Source: Mobula hypostoma
Taxonomy: Eukaryota
Assembly: GCF_963921235.1 (NCBI RefSeq)
Contig: NC_086097.1
Span: forward strand, 144,648,001 to 144,712,000
Direction of reading: 5' to 3'
Length of the DNA: 64,000 nt
Positions 38,558 through 50,944 of this stretch are shown piece after piece (the stretch's first letter is position 1; every line of letters begins with the position of its first letter). The notes beneath the pieces were generated by a model. It saw only the letters and a list, made by a program, of their open reading frames with translations. It was not told the DNA's origin and searched no databases. The translations under genes and the position numbers were made by a program.

Positions 38558-41477
38558 CTAGCGGAAGTTAGAGAAGTCAATGTTCATGCCATCAGGTTGG
38601 AGGCTACCCAGACGGAATATAAGGTGTTGTTCCTCCAACCTGAGTGTGGCTTCATCTTTACAGTAGAGGAGGCCGTGGATAGACATGTCAGAATGGGAAT
38701 GGGATGTGGAATTAAAATGTGTGGCCACTGGGAGATCCTGCTTTCTCTGGCGGACAGAGCGTAGATGTTCAGCAAAGCGGTCTCCCAGTCTGCGTCGGGT
38801 CTCACCAATATATAAAAGGCCACATCGGGAGCACCGGACGCAGTATATCACCCCAGTCGACTCACAGGTGAAGTGATGCCTCACCTGGAAGGACTGTTTG
38901 GGGCCCTGAATGGTGGTAAGGGAGGAAGTGTAAGGGCATGTGTAGCACTTGTTCCGCTTACACGGATAAGTGCCAGGAGGGAGATCAGTGGGGAGGGATG
39001 GGGGGGACGAATGGACAAGGGAGTTGTGTAGGGAGCGATCCCTGCGGAATGCAGAGAGAGGGGGGAGGGAAAGATGTGCTTAGTGGTGGGATCCCGTTGG
39101 AGGTGGCGGAAGTTACGGAGAATAATATGTTGGACCCGGAGGCTGGTGGGGTGGTAGGTGAGGACCAGGGGAACCCTATTCCTAGTGGGGTGGTGGGAGG
39201 ATGGAGTGAGAGCAGATGTACGTGAAATGGAGGAGATGCGTTTAAGAGCAGAGTTGATAGTGGAGGAAGGGAAGCCCCTTTCTTTAAAAAATGAAGACAT
39301 CTCCCTCGTCCTAGAATGAAAAGCCTCATCCTGAGAGCAGATGCGGCGGAGACGGAGGAATTGTGAGAAGGGGATGGCGTTTTTGCAAGAGACAGGGTGA
39401 GAAGAGGAATAGTCCAGATAGCTGTGAGAGTCAGTAGGCTTATAGTAGATATCAGTGGATAAGCTGTCTCCAGAGACAGAGACAGAAAGATCTAGAAAGG
39501 GGAGGGAGGTGTCGGAAATAGACCAGGTAAACTTGAGGGCAGGGTGAAAGTTGGAGGCAAAGTTAATAAAGTCAACGAGTTCTGCATGCGTGCAGAAGCA
39601 GCGCCAATGCAGTCGTCGATATAGCGAAGGAAAAGTGGGGGACAGATACCAGAATAGGCACGGAACATAGATTGTTCCACAAACCCAACAAAAAGGCAGG
39701 CATAGCTAGGACCCATACGGGTGCCCATAGCTACACCTTTAGTTTGGAGGAAATGGGAGGAGCAAAAGGAGAAATTATTAAGAGTAAGGACTAATTCCGC
39801 TAGACGGAGCAGAGTGGTGGTAGAGGGGAACTGATTAGGTCTGGAATCCAAAAAGAAGCGTAGAGCTTTGAGACCTTCCTGATGGGGGATGGAAGTATAT
39901 AAGGACTGGACATCCATGGTGAAAATAAAGCGGTGGGGGCCAGGGAACTTAAAATCATCGAAAAGTTTAAGAGCGTGAGAAATGTCACGAACATAGGTCG
40001 GAAGGGATTGAACAAGGGGTGATAAAACAGTGTCGAGGTATGCAGAAACGAGTTCGGTGGGGCAGGAGCAAGCTGAGACAATAGGTCGGCCAGGACAGGC
40101 AGGTTTGTGGATCTTGGGTAGGAGGTAGAAACGGGAAGTGCGGGGTGTGGGAACTATAAGGTTGGTAGCAGTGGATGGGAGATCCCCTGAGCGGATAAAG
40201 TCGGTGATGGTGTGGGAGACAATGGCCTGGTGCTCCTTGGTGGGGTCACGATCGAGGGGTAAATAAGAGGAGGTATCCGCGAGTTGTCGCTGTGCCTCGG
40301 CAAGGTAGAGGTCAGTACGCCAGACTACAACAGCACCCCCTTTATCAGCGGGTTTAATAATAAGGTTAGGATTAGTGCGGAGGGAGTGGAGAGCAGAGCG
40401 TTCCGAAGGAGTGAGGTTGGAATGGGGACAAGGTGCGGTGAAGTCGAGATGGTTGATGTCCCGTCGGCAGTTAGCGATAAAGAGATCCAGAGCAGGCAGA
40501 AGACCAGAGCGGGGTGTCCATGAAGAAGAGGAAGGTTGAAGACGGGAGAAGGGGTCATCGGTGGGGGTGGAAGAGTCCTTGCCGAAGAAGTAGGCTCGGA
40601 GACGGAGACGGCGGAAGAAAAGTTCCGCATCGTGGCGAACACGGAACTCGCTGAGGTGTGGGCGAAGGGGGACAAACGTGAGGCCCTTACTGAGAACAGA
40701 GCGCTCTGCCTCCGACAGTTGAAGGTCGGAGGGGATGGTAAAGACCCGGCACGGATGAGAGCTGGGATCAGGGGGGGGGGAGGCTGGGGGTGTCAGTGGA
40801 GAGGGGAGGGTTGGGGTGAAAGGAAAATGGAGCCTCTGAGGGCCCAGGAGCTGACGGTGGGATCTGAGGAAGACGGGGCTGCGGAGTGGTGGTGGGGGAA
40901 GGGGAGACGGGATCACAACAGCAGCACATAAAGACCCGGCCTGGAGTTCAAGGCTGGAGTCGCAGTTGGTGGTTGTGCAATCGCTGTGAAGGTGTCCATG
41001 GTCGTTGCTGGAGTCCGGGTTTTGAATATGTCCTGAGGTGTTGGAGCCGCCGAGATCAATGGCAGGCGCCGCAATTGAAAGTTGATGCCTGCTAGCGTCG
41101 GGGCCGGCAGGCTCTGGAGTCCGTAGATGTAAGATCTTGCGATCTTTGCCTAACATGACAAAGTCAAAAAAACGGCGATTGCAGGCGTGGATCCGACGGA
41201 GGATGAAATAACGGGTAGGACCATTACAGACGGCGAAGAAAGTGTCCCGAAGGTGTGGAAGGGTCTGGGATAGGGACACCAAGTACCTCCTCATGGCGGA
41301 GAGCGTCGCCTTCAGAGCTTGACGGGAGAAGCGGCGAGAGGCAGAGTCAATAAAATGTGAGTACCTGGGATCCTCAGAAGGTCCAAATTGAGAGGCTTGG
41401 AAACGAATCCTAAAGCCAACTGGAGTAAGTTGGCGACGGAGGCACGTTCCAAGAAAGGATACATGGCTGTGATACAT
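38558..41477 (-). pseudogene. PLE polyprotein (RT-GIY-YIG), broken by two single-base frameshifts (~39594 and ~39063)
   Basis: ORF 39492-41477, an intervening open frame running into ORF 38881-39300, and ORF 38558-38884 join into one protein ending DGMNIDFSNFR*. Confidence 0.88.
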
Positions 41478-42759
41478 AGCTTCCTCAGCCCCCTATTCTG
41501 CTCTTTGTGAACATGGGACTGTGTGGAAAGATTCTGCTCTAACTCTATTCCACCTGCTTACAAGTGACACCAGCACAGTGGGCCACATCTCAAATAACAA
41601 TGAGTCAGAGTACAGGAAGGTGGGGGGGGGGGAGGGAGGGAGGAAGAGAGAGAGAGAGAGAGAGCACGAGCGCGCGCCTAGTGCCATGGTGTTATCACAG
41701 CAACCTTTCCCTCAACGTCAGCAACACAAAAGAGCTGGTCATTGACTTCAGGAAGGGGGATGGTTCTCACATCCTGTTTACGTCAACATGTTAACAATAC
41801 TGAGGATGAGATGGTTTCAAGCTTCAAGTTCCTAGAAATGAAGATTACCAGTAGCCTATCCTGGTCCAACAACATAGAAACATGGCCAAGGCAGCGGCCC
41901 CTCGACTTCTTCAGGGTATTAAAGACGTTTGGCCTTTACCAACATACCATAGAAAGTACACTGTCTGAATGCATCATGGCTTAGTATGGCAACTGGTTTG
42001 CCTGAGACCACAAGAAACAGCAGAGAGTTGTGAATGTAGCTCAGCACAATATGGAAACCAACCTCCCCTGCATGGATTTTGTCTTCATTTCTCACTGCCC
42101 TGGTAAAGTAGCCAACATAATCAAACACCCCACCCACAGAGGAATTCTCTCTCCCTCCTCATCACACAGATGCTACAAAATCCTGCAAGTATATACCACT
42201 AAGATCAATGAATGCTTCTATCCTGCTGTTATAGGGATGTTGAACAGTTTGCTAGTATGATAAGATGCAGTCTTGTCCTCACGGTTTACCTTGTCATGGC
42301 CTTGCACCTTATTGTCTGCCTACTCTGTACTTCCCTGTAACTGCAAAACAGTCTTTCCTGGTTCTACCTCAATGTACTGTTGTACTGAAGTGATTTGCAT
42401 AGATAGCATGTAAAACAAATGTGTTCACTGTACCTCAGTGAATGTGACAATACTAAAGCAATTTACAAATTTACCAATAGTTATCCTATTAATTGAGATT
42501 TGAAGTTTAGTAAGCTCAGCTTCGTTGGCAATACGCATGATTCAGAATCAGAATGCTCAATTCAGAACGATTCCAGAGTGAAATGCTGCCTGAAACAGAT
42601 CAGAGACTGAACTAAGTCTGCTTTTGCCAATTTAGATGAATGGTTGAAGACTCTGTAGCAACAGGTGAAGATAGCTTTCTTGTTCAATATTCTTCCCTGA
42701 ACAAGCTCTATCAAAAATAAACTAATCAACAAAGCAAGGATAATACAACTGTTGGAACA

Positions 42760-43030
42760 ATTGACATTTATATCGAACCTTTAATGGATTAAAAATTCCC
42801 AAAAACACTCTATGGCAGGATTATTGACACAAAGCCAACGAAGGTGATATTAGACCAAAAGAATAGTCAAAGAGTTTAATTTTAAGAAGCGTCAAGAAAG
42901 AGGGCAAGGTTGACAAGATATAATTTTGAGGAGAGAATTCAGGGGCTGGACGTCTGAAGGAAATGCCACTTGTGGTGAAAAGGAAGAAGTAGGGGCAGGA
43001 ATCAGAGGAATGCAGTGTTCTGAGGGAGAG
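42760..43030 (-). mobile_element. L2-like LINE 3' fragment
   Basis: gccaacgaaggtgatattagacc..tagtcaaagag..ttttaagaagcgtc..gggagagaattcagggg, reverse of an L2-type tail. Confidence 0.5.
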
Positions 43031-43759
43031 TTGTGCTGGTGCCAACTCTCTGCAAGAGTCATTTATTTTGTTCCATTCCACATCCTTTTCTCCACACACT
43101 TTCAATTGTGTTTCACTTTCAAATATTTATTCATTTCCTATTATGGATTTCTCCAGCTCTCCATTCTGTAAGGACATTCCATGGTTTAGGAATCTTTTGC
43201 ATACATGTTTTTCCAAGCACAGTATAATTTTGGTGATCTTAAATTCATCCCTTTTTGTGAGTGGTTTACTGACCAACAGAATGAGTGTACCTCATCAAAG
43301 TATCTCTTGCTGTCTGTAGAATATGTAAATAGATAGTTAGAGGTCCGTCTAGTGGTGCCATGTAGGTCATCTCATTTTCCTGTCTTTTCCAGTGAAAATT
43401 CTATGAGCCCTCCCATTTCTCCTCAAAATTAAGGTTCAGCGACATGCCAGTAGATTTCTTCGGCACTCAACCCACTGACCTTGAATTATTTTGTTTATTT
43501 TTATTTTGTTAAGTTCCTGAGTTCCTTTTCATTTATTATCATTGCTCACCAAAATCAAATTTGTTCAGCCATTAAGCAAAGCATCAATTTTAGTTTCTAT
43601 AGTATTATAGCTAAATTGACAATCACCTGGGTTTTCAAAGGCATTCACTGCTGCCTATATTTTACATTCCAGATCTCTTTTCTGCCCAAGTTGCTAACTA
43701 CTTTAGCCGCCTGTCCTATATGAGGAAAATTGCAGGGTGAGATCTGATGTACTGTATGC

Positions 43760-44850
43760 TGCCTATTCTCTGGAAGCTTCTTTTTATGGCTGGGATTGAA
43801 AATAACAGGATTAGGGGGAGCTCCTGTTTGCTAGCCATTTTACACTGCCTCACCATTCCCACACTGACATGTCTGTCCTCTGCTGCCAGGGTGAAGCTAA
43901 ACACAAACAGGAGGAACAGCACCTCATATTCTTCCTGGGTAGTCTACAACCCAATGATACGAATGTTGGATTCTCCAGCTTCCCCCTTTGTTCCTTTTCT
44001 CTCCTCTCCCTACTTATCAAGTTTTTCTGACAGTCACCTGAGCCCCCATAATCTTGTTTCTCCCCTCCTCCCATCCATCCATCTGCCATTCACCCATACG
44101 TTACACACATTAGTTTCCTTTTCCCCACTGATCCTATCTACCCTACCCAATTCCCTCACTTGATTCCATGCTCCACATTCCTCTCCTACCAGATTCCACC
44201 ATCTTCAGCCCTTTGTCTCCTCTGTTTATCACTTGCCAGTTTCTGTCACTGTTACCACTCTCCCCTCCTTTATCTGCCTGTTTCCAACCCCTCCTCTTCC
44301 CAGATCTACCGATTGTTTGTTAGCAATTACTCCACCCTTTTCATCCGCTTAGATTTCACAAACTCTTTTCTCCCTTCTTCCATCAGGCAGAAGGTACAAG
44401 GACCTGAATGGATGTACCACCAGGTTCAAGGACTAATTCTATCCCACTGTGTAAGACTATCATATATTTCCTAGAATGACTAAATGGACTCTAGTCCCCA
44501 CAATCTACCTTGATATCATTGTGTACCTTATTGGTTACCTGCACTGTATACTTGTTGAGCTGTTGCACTTTATTTTTCCTTGTTTTACCTCAATGCACAA
44601 TGTAGTGATGTAATCTGTATGAACTGTGTGATCTGCCTGACAGACCTTTCACTGTAGCTCAGTACATGAGACAATATTAAACCAAATGATATTCCTGTAC
44701 TTTATACTGGTTATCTCCCATCTATGAAAGGTCTTGATGCAAATTGTTGACTGTCCAGTTCCTTCCATAAATGCGGCCTGACTTGCTAAGTTCCTCCGGA
44801 CTCATGCAATGGTGCTCTGGAATCCAGCGTCTGCAGTTTCTGGTATCGCT
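43760..44850 (+). mobile_element. Old PLE 3' part with nested Rex1 tail (44370-44690)
   Basis: gaggaacagcacctcatattc..gggtagtctacaacccaatgatacgaat (EEQHLIF..GSLQP) and decayed terminal repeat at 44722-44850. Confidence 0.7.
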
Positions 44851-44920
44851 AGGACCATTTGGCCAGATTTTCAGTTTCCCTCCTCTGTGCTGATTTGTCA
44901 CCACCATTGATTCGGCCAAT

Positions 44921-45355
44921 GGTGACCAGAGTTCAATAAAAGCATGCCTGTGGTATTATGGGTCAGAACCAACATGAAAGCAGAGAAAGACACATGGCCC
45001 TAAAATAACCTCATTCTGCATGTGGTCCAAGAGGCGCACACAGTAATTGTTTTTCTTAATTTGTTTTATATAATGTTGTTGAGGTGCCTTTATATGAACA
45101 GTGTGATACGTTTTAGTGATTTATTTGATTTCAGCACACATCTGATGTGCTAACATGTTTGAACCTGTTTATTGGCGGACACTAGCTTGATAGACTTTAA
45201 AAGACTGAGAGATGTATGTTTCAAACTTTTATGTCCCTTATTTTCTTGTAGTTTTCATGGTGTCTACTGAAGAAAGAGAGAGGGAAATAAAAATAAATCT
45301 TCAAGGACATCTGTATGTTGTGTGGCCATTATTTTATTGGACCGGTGCAGTTACA
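44921..45355 (+). repeat. LTR-like repeat, 5'-truncated copy
   Basis: Near-identical reverse complement of 50945-51378; AATAAA near the end; terminates ...gcagttaca. Confidence 0.7.
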
Positions 45356-45710
45356 TCAGTCAAAGCTGCATATTCCTTCAATATACAAAAGAAGAGAAAG
45401 GCCCCAGCCTTAATAAGCACATACTTATGCCAGCCAAATGGTAGCAGAGATCCTCAAAGATATATTGTTTGATGCAAGAGGTCTGACCGAGTTCATTAAA
45501 TAAAGTGCTACTTATTAGAAAATAAGGTATTTCTGCTTAATGTAACTCTAGTTACTTCAGTTACGTATGCAATATAAGTAATCAGGCAGGGATTCAGTCA
45601 ATAAAATGTTATTATCATTGCAGAGTTTTTTGCCATCATCTTGGCTACCTTGTTGATTGTTAACATGCAAAGCTGGTGATGATGACTAGAGTGTAGAAAG
45701 GAAAACAAGC

Positions 45711-45810
45711 TAGTCCTGACGAAGGGTCTCGGCCTGAAACGTCGACTGTACCTCTTCCTAGAGATGCTGCCTGGACTGCTGCGTTCACCAGCAACTTTTA
45801 TATGTGTTGC
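45711..45810 (+). ncRNA. Solo PLE terminal repeat beginning with an intact minimal hammerhead ribozyme (45711-45748)
   Basis: tagtcctgacgaagggtctcggcctgaaacgtcgactg is identical to the motif at 38229-38266 (-). Confidence 0.85.
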
Positions 45811-45879
45811 AGAATATAATTTTCTAGGCTTCATGAGAGAATCCTGTCATTCTCAAGGGATACTGTACAGCCTGTGCAA

Positions 45880-46150
45880 CAGAGTCATAGAGTAACATAG
45901 CATGGAATCAGGCCCTTCAGCCCAATTCATCCATGCCAATCAAGGCTAGCCCATCTTTGGCCATATCCTTCCAAAATTTTCCTGTCAGTGTACCCGTCTA
46001 AATATACTTTAAAGATTGCAATTGTACTTGCAGTTACACTGAGAGCTCATTCCATACACACTTCTCTGTGTGAAAGATTTGCCCCTAAGTTACCCATGAT
46101 ATTTTTGCCTAATCACCTTTGACCTCCAGTTTTGTTCCCCCTACCCTGGG
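45880..46150 (-). mobile_element. CR1 3' tail fragment
   Basis: caggcccttcagccc...ctaccctgggaaaaaga, reverse CR1 tail. Confidence 0.7.
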
Positions 46151-46750
46151 AAAAAGAGCTTCAGACTCCCCTATGCTATTGTAACAATTTCTCCTCAGGG
46201 AGATGAGGTTGTGGATGCTTAGTGTGACTCTGGTAGACTGTTTATAGTCTAGGTTTTCTTTTTCCTAATGGTTTGTAGGCACAGCTCCTGATGCCCCAGC
46301 ACCTTATTGGCCAGAAAGTAATATAGTTTACAAATCAGTGAATTCAAATGAAGTAAGGACAGTGGAAGCAGACAGACAAATTTTCTATTTTTCTTGCCAG
46401 GCATTTGAAGGAATGGAGGCTGCCATTTTATGGAGCTGCTCTGCATCCTCCATTTTGTGAAGTGAAGTTGCTTGGCTGGATGAGTGTCTTAAACTAGACA
46501 CAATAATGCTCCATGTAATCTGCTGGACTGGAGATTATTTCCAAATAAGTTATTTATGAGTCCTTCTTTGGTTAGATATAACATGCAGGTTTGTGATTGG
46601 TGGGGTCTGTATCTACCCTGAGTGATTCGAGCTGGTTACTTGTTCGATAACTGAATTAGAACAAACAGCCATTGCTGTTTGTGACCAGTTGTCACTTGCA
46701 GAAGAAGTCCAATAAATAGATCCTGGCCTGAACTAGAGCCAATAAGAAGG

Positions 46751-47156
46751 TGTTATAGGTCAGTCAGATGACCCATAAGCCAATGGCATTGAAATGCAAC
46801 ATTTGAACTAATAAGGAATGAAGATGAAAGCAGAGGCTTTTTTGAAGGAAAGATAGCAATAACTTTGAAGATGAACCATCACAGATACAAGTGTGAATGA
46901 CCCTACGTGGAGCACATGGAGTGTGGTTTGGGATTATGTGGAATGCTTGGCGAGCATAGACTCCTTCGCCTGGGTATTACCTTTTCTATTTTTTGACTCT
47001 TCAGCAGAATCAGGGAAACCTAGTGAATGTACACACAGGTACTTAGTTTATTAATTCATGTGCTTGTTAGTTTAAACAATAAAGGTACTTGTCGGTAATC
47101 ACAGATTCTCTATGCGCGTTCCTGATCATTACTACTAAGGAGTGAGCCTTGTAACA
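46751..47156 (+). repeat. Possible solo LTR
   Basis: tgttat...tgtaaca termini with AATAAA at ~47079; no TSD seen; left boundary uncertain. Confidence 0.35.
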
Positions 47157-47164
47157 ACTTTGTC

Positions 47165-47590
47165 TCATCACCATCATGATCAGGTGCCATGCCCAGTTTG
47201 AGATTTGACTATCATGGCCCATACACTCCTGTTTTGGGTCAAGTGGATCAGTTCATTGGTATTCATTTCCTGTTCTCTGGCTGCTGTCTCCATCATCATT
47301 TGTCTTTGCTATCTTTTGCTTTCTTCCCTTCAATCTTTCCCATAATTACTGTGCATTCTAATGCCTCTTTCCTAATCACATGTCCAATGAAGTTACGTTG
47401 CCTTTTCATGATCTCATACATTATTTCTCTTTTTGTGTTTGCTCTGTTCATGACATCCTCGTTAGATATTTGTTTCGTCCATGATATTCTTTGCTTCCTC
47501 CTCAAAAACCACATCTCTGCTGCTACAGTTCGTTTCTTTATGTTACTAGATATTGTCCAACATTCTGAGCCATATAACATAACTGGATAT
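47165..47590 (-). mobile_element. RTE-clade LINE 3' fragment (same family as 30467-31327)
   Basis: YPVMLYGSECWTISSN..AAEMWFLRR; near-identical to 30480-30895; (cat)n tail. Confidence 0.9.
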
Positions 47591-47594
47591 ATAT

Positions 47595-48245
47595 ATATAT
47601 CTTTATATATCTGAGAAACCTTTGTATCCTCTTTGACATTATTGACTAGCTTAGCTTCATTTTTCATTTTTTCTCTCCTTATGGTTTTTTAGGTGCCTTC
47701 TGTTGACTTTTAAAACCTTCCCATTCCTCCAACTTTCCAACAATTTTTGCTACATAGTGTGCTCTCTCTTTTGCTTTAATGCTGTCTTTGACTTCCCTTG
47801 TCAGCTATGGTTGCCTCATCTTCCCTTTAGAATACTTCTTCATCTTTAGGATGTTTCTATCAGCAACTTCCAAGTTGCCCCCAGAAACTTCAGTCATTGC
47901 TGTTCAGTCAATATCCCTGATAGTGTCCCCTTCTAACCCTTCTAATCAACTTTGGCCAGCTTATTTCTTATGCCTCTGTAATTCATTTTACTCCACTGTA
48001 ATACTGATACATCTGACTTTATCTTCTCCCTCTCAAGCTGCAGGGTGAATTCTGTCATATCATGATCACAGCCTCCTAAGTTGTCCTTTACCTTAAACTC
48101 CCAAATAAAATCTGCTTCATTACACAACACCCAATCCAGAATTGCCTTTCCCCTAGTGGACTAAACCGCAAGCTGCTCTAAAATGACACTTCCTAGGCAT
48201 CTACAAGTTCTCTATTTTGGGATCCAGTACCAACCTGATTTTCCC
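47595..48245 (-). mobile_element. CR1 ORF2 internal fragment (end of endonuclease and linker), lacking its 3' part
   Basis: ORF 47942-48130 LCNEADFI..LGGCDHDM..KSDVSVLQWSK. Confidence 0.85.
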
Positions 48246-48434
48246 CCAAAAAATATCCAACATCCTCTCTGTAATTCTTTCCAATCACTTAAAAATTGTG
48301 TCCTCTCATATTAGCCATTGCCACCTGGGGAAAAGCACTGGCAGTCTACTCCACCTTTGCCTCTTATCATTTTATACACCTCCATCCAATTGCCTTTCAC
48401 CCTCCTTCACTCCAAAGAGAAAAGCCATAGCTTG

Positions 48435-49570
48435 AACAGAAGATTTTTCCACTCAGAGTGCCAGCCTTAACTGTATATACCAAATTTCAGGAATGCATGC
48501 ATGACCGAATCTTCTTGAGAGAGTCCTAGACTCCCGGAGGTTGGCACTATCCAGAGGGGTGAGTTCAGGGTGACAAGGCTGGCCCTTTGCTTCTGTGGCT
48601 GCTCACACTTATAACCTCTTTACAGCACAGGAGAGCAGGCACAAGGGACAAGGATAAGAATGCACCTTTCCCATTCCTATTCCAACATGTCGGCCCATGG
48701 CGTCCTCTACTGCCATGAAGAGGCCACTCTCAGGCTGGAGGAGTAGCACCTCATATTCTGTCTGGGTAGGTTCCAGTGGGATGGCATGAACATGAATTTC
48801 TCTAATTTCTGGCAGTTTCTCCCCTCCCCATTCTCTATTTTTCTGTTCCATATTCTGACTCCCTTCTTATCTCTTCTCTTTTTGTCACATGCTTATCACC
48901 ACCCTCTGGTTCCCCACTTCCTCCTCCTTCTCCCAAGATCCTGTCCTAACACATTCATTCTTCTTCAGCCCATTACCATTTTTACCTATCACCTCTCAGT
49001 TTCTTCTATCTTCACCCCTCCCCCACCCACCCACCCACTCCCCATTATCCTTCTGGTCGTTTTCATCACCTTCCAGCTTATACCCATTTCCCCCTCCCTC
49101 CTTCTTATTCTGGCTTCTTCCCCCTTCCTTTCCGGTCCTGATGAAGTGTCTTGGGACGAAACATTGACTGTTTATTCCTCTCCATAGATGCTGCCTGACA
49201 TTCTCAGTTCCCCCAGTATATTATGTGTTTTACTCCGGATTTCCAGCATCTGCAAAATCTCTTGTGTTGAGAGTACCACAGAGCTCCTGGAGCTGAGATT
49301 CTATAGCTTGTTGAGTAGTGCATAGCGTGTTCTAAGCTGCACTGTTTTGCCAGTCATGGACAACAGCCGGAAGAAGAGGAGCAAGGAGCCCCTGGGTCTC
49401 AGGGCCACGAGGCAGAGCTGGAGAGCAGCAGGAGAAACACAAGCAGGACTAAAAGGAAGGCCACTGGGGGATGTGTCTGCACAACATCCTCAACCAGATG
49501 AGCAGAGGAAACAGGCAATGGCTGCACGGGATATAAGGGACTCCCTAATATGGAGGCATTTCTCAGAAGC
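48435..49570 (+). pseudogene. PIF/Harbinger (HARBI1-like) transposase relic, split by a PLE fragment
   Basis: Ordered motifs NRRFFHS, KF....HD..LRES, GDKAGPLLLWLLT, TAQESRH | VESTTELLELRFYSL, LHCFA, AARDIRDSLIWRHF. Confidence 0.7.
48660..49267 (+). mobile_element. PLE 3' fragment (GIY-YIG end, UTR, decayed hammerhead)
   Basis: gaggccactctcaggctggaggagtagcacctc..ggcatgaacatgaatttctct; ctgatgaagtgtcttgggacgaaacattgactg. Confidence 0.8.
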
Positions 49571-50234
49571 ATCCTGTAAAATCCCAGTCCCCACTGCAAA
49601 TCAAATAACCCTCTTCACACTGAAATTCATCAGGAAGCACTCAGCTGGGAAAGCCCAGATAACACATGCTGATTATGTCCACCTGCACTGAATATAACAC
49701 GTTCGTGAATATTTGCCTGATCCTACATCTTAACTGGCTTGTTATAAAATCCATGCATTTCCTGATGAGTAGCACTTAAAAAAATTGACATTCCTGTGTA
49801 AGATTCATTATCCCTGGATCAGCTCCAATTTGCATGTCATAACATTGTTCAAGATGTTGAGCCTTTTGCATATTTGCTCAATCAGTCTTGCAACCATGCT
49901 AGCCAAGGGGAATATACATATAACATATTGATCAGATTGGCACTAAATGCGTCAGGAGATACATTGATATTTTAAGCCTAAGAAGTCCACGATTATTTAC
50001 CAATGAGGGTCTGACTGAGGTTAATTTTAAGCCACTGTAACAACTGAGTCTTCCAAATGATGATGTATTAGTGGTAGAAAGAGGTGCTTCACTCAACTTA
50101 TAGTAATTTAATTGGATGAATGAAGTGTACGCTTTTCTGCAAAAATGAGCATTTCTCAGCAATAGTCTCTTCATGATACTCGGACACAGCAGTCTTATCG
50201 CACTCTTATTCTTCTGACCTGGAATATCTAATGA

Positions 50235-50830
50235 TTAAGTACAGTCTATTCTACGTGCCAAGAAAATTCTTCACAATGATCCTGACAGCAGCTTACATGC
50301 TGCCAAAGATGAGTGCTAAGGAAGCACTCAGTGTATTTAGTGCCACGACTAGTAAACAAGAAATAGCCTACTCCAGTGCCTTTCCAATAATTGCCCAGGA
50401 CTTCAATCAAGCTTGCTTGGAGAAATCAACATATCGCCTGCAGCACCAGGGGTCTCAACACACTCAACCACTGCTACACTACCATCCATACCTATTCTGT
50501 ATGCCTGCCATTCCATACCTGTTCCGTATTTTGGGAAATTTGATCATCTGGTTGTCTATTCCCTACCTGCAAACAGGCAGAAGCTAAAGATCAAGGTTCC
50601 AGAGGAATGGGCAACAAAGAGGTGGTTACAGGAGACAGAGAAGCTGCTAGGGGATTGCTTCAAGTTGGTGGAAAGGGCCATATTCAAGGATTCATCAGAG
50701 GTTAGATCAGTCATGATCGGCAGGAACTTCATGAAGTCAGTCATGGATGAGTGTGTCACCACTAAATCATTCCCCAATGAGAAGCCTTGATTGAACCAAG
50801 AGATCTGCAATCTGTTGAGGGCCAGATCAG
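50235..50830 (+). mobile_element. Rex1/Babar endonuclease-region fragment
   Basis: FYVPRKFF..LTAAY; PYFGKFDHLVVYSLPA; collinear with 2975-3560. Confidence 0.75.
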
Positions 50831-50944
50831 TGTGTCATGGTCCTGATCATTTATTCCCTAGCTTCCTCTAATTTCCTTTGATTCTGCCATGGTTCCAACA
50901 GTTAATTTCCCAATTGCTTCTAATTTTCTTTGATGACGGCACAA

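Larger units (their letters stand above)
38133..41477 (-). mobile_element. Young Penelope-like retroelement (Neptune-type, RT plus GIY-YIG), 5'-truncated
   Basis: Perfect 13-bp TSD agcttcctcagcc (38120-38132, 41478-41490); KPADKGG, LPKIHK, GVAMGT, RYIDD; CxxxxCxxC linker; GIY-YIG VIYC..LYIGET; CpG-rich, i.e. little decay. Confidence 0.95.
38050..42475 (+). mobile_element. Rex1/Babar RT/3' fragment, split by the young Penelope insertion
   Basis: TGTPQGSFLS at 38100-38132 resumes at 41478 (agcttcctcagccccctattc); LSLNVSNTKELVIDFRK and FKFL motifs downstream. Confidence 0.8.

Noticed and set aside
38021..38764. 247-aa plus-strand ORF
   Set aside because: Chimera of a Rex1 fragment and the antisense strand of the PLE 3' UTR; a shadow ORF
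40284..41095. Several plus-strand ORFs (40284, 40536, 40886)
   Set aside because: Antisense shadows of the GC-rich PLE ORF
49347..49691. 114-aa ORF as a novel gene
   Set aside because: Explained as the C-terminal remnant of the Harbinger transposase
49932..50218. ~95-codon open minus-strand frame after tattccag
   Set aside because: Weak pyrimidine tract, no recognisable domain and no clear donor
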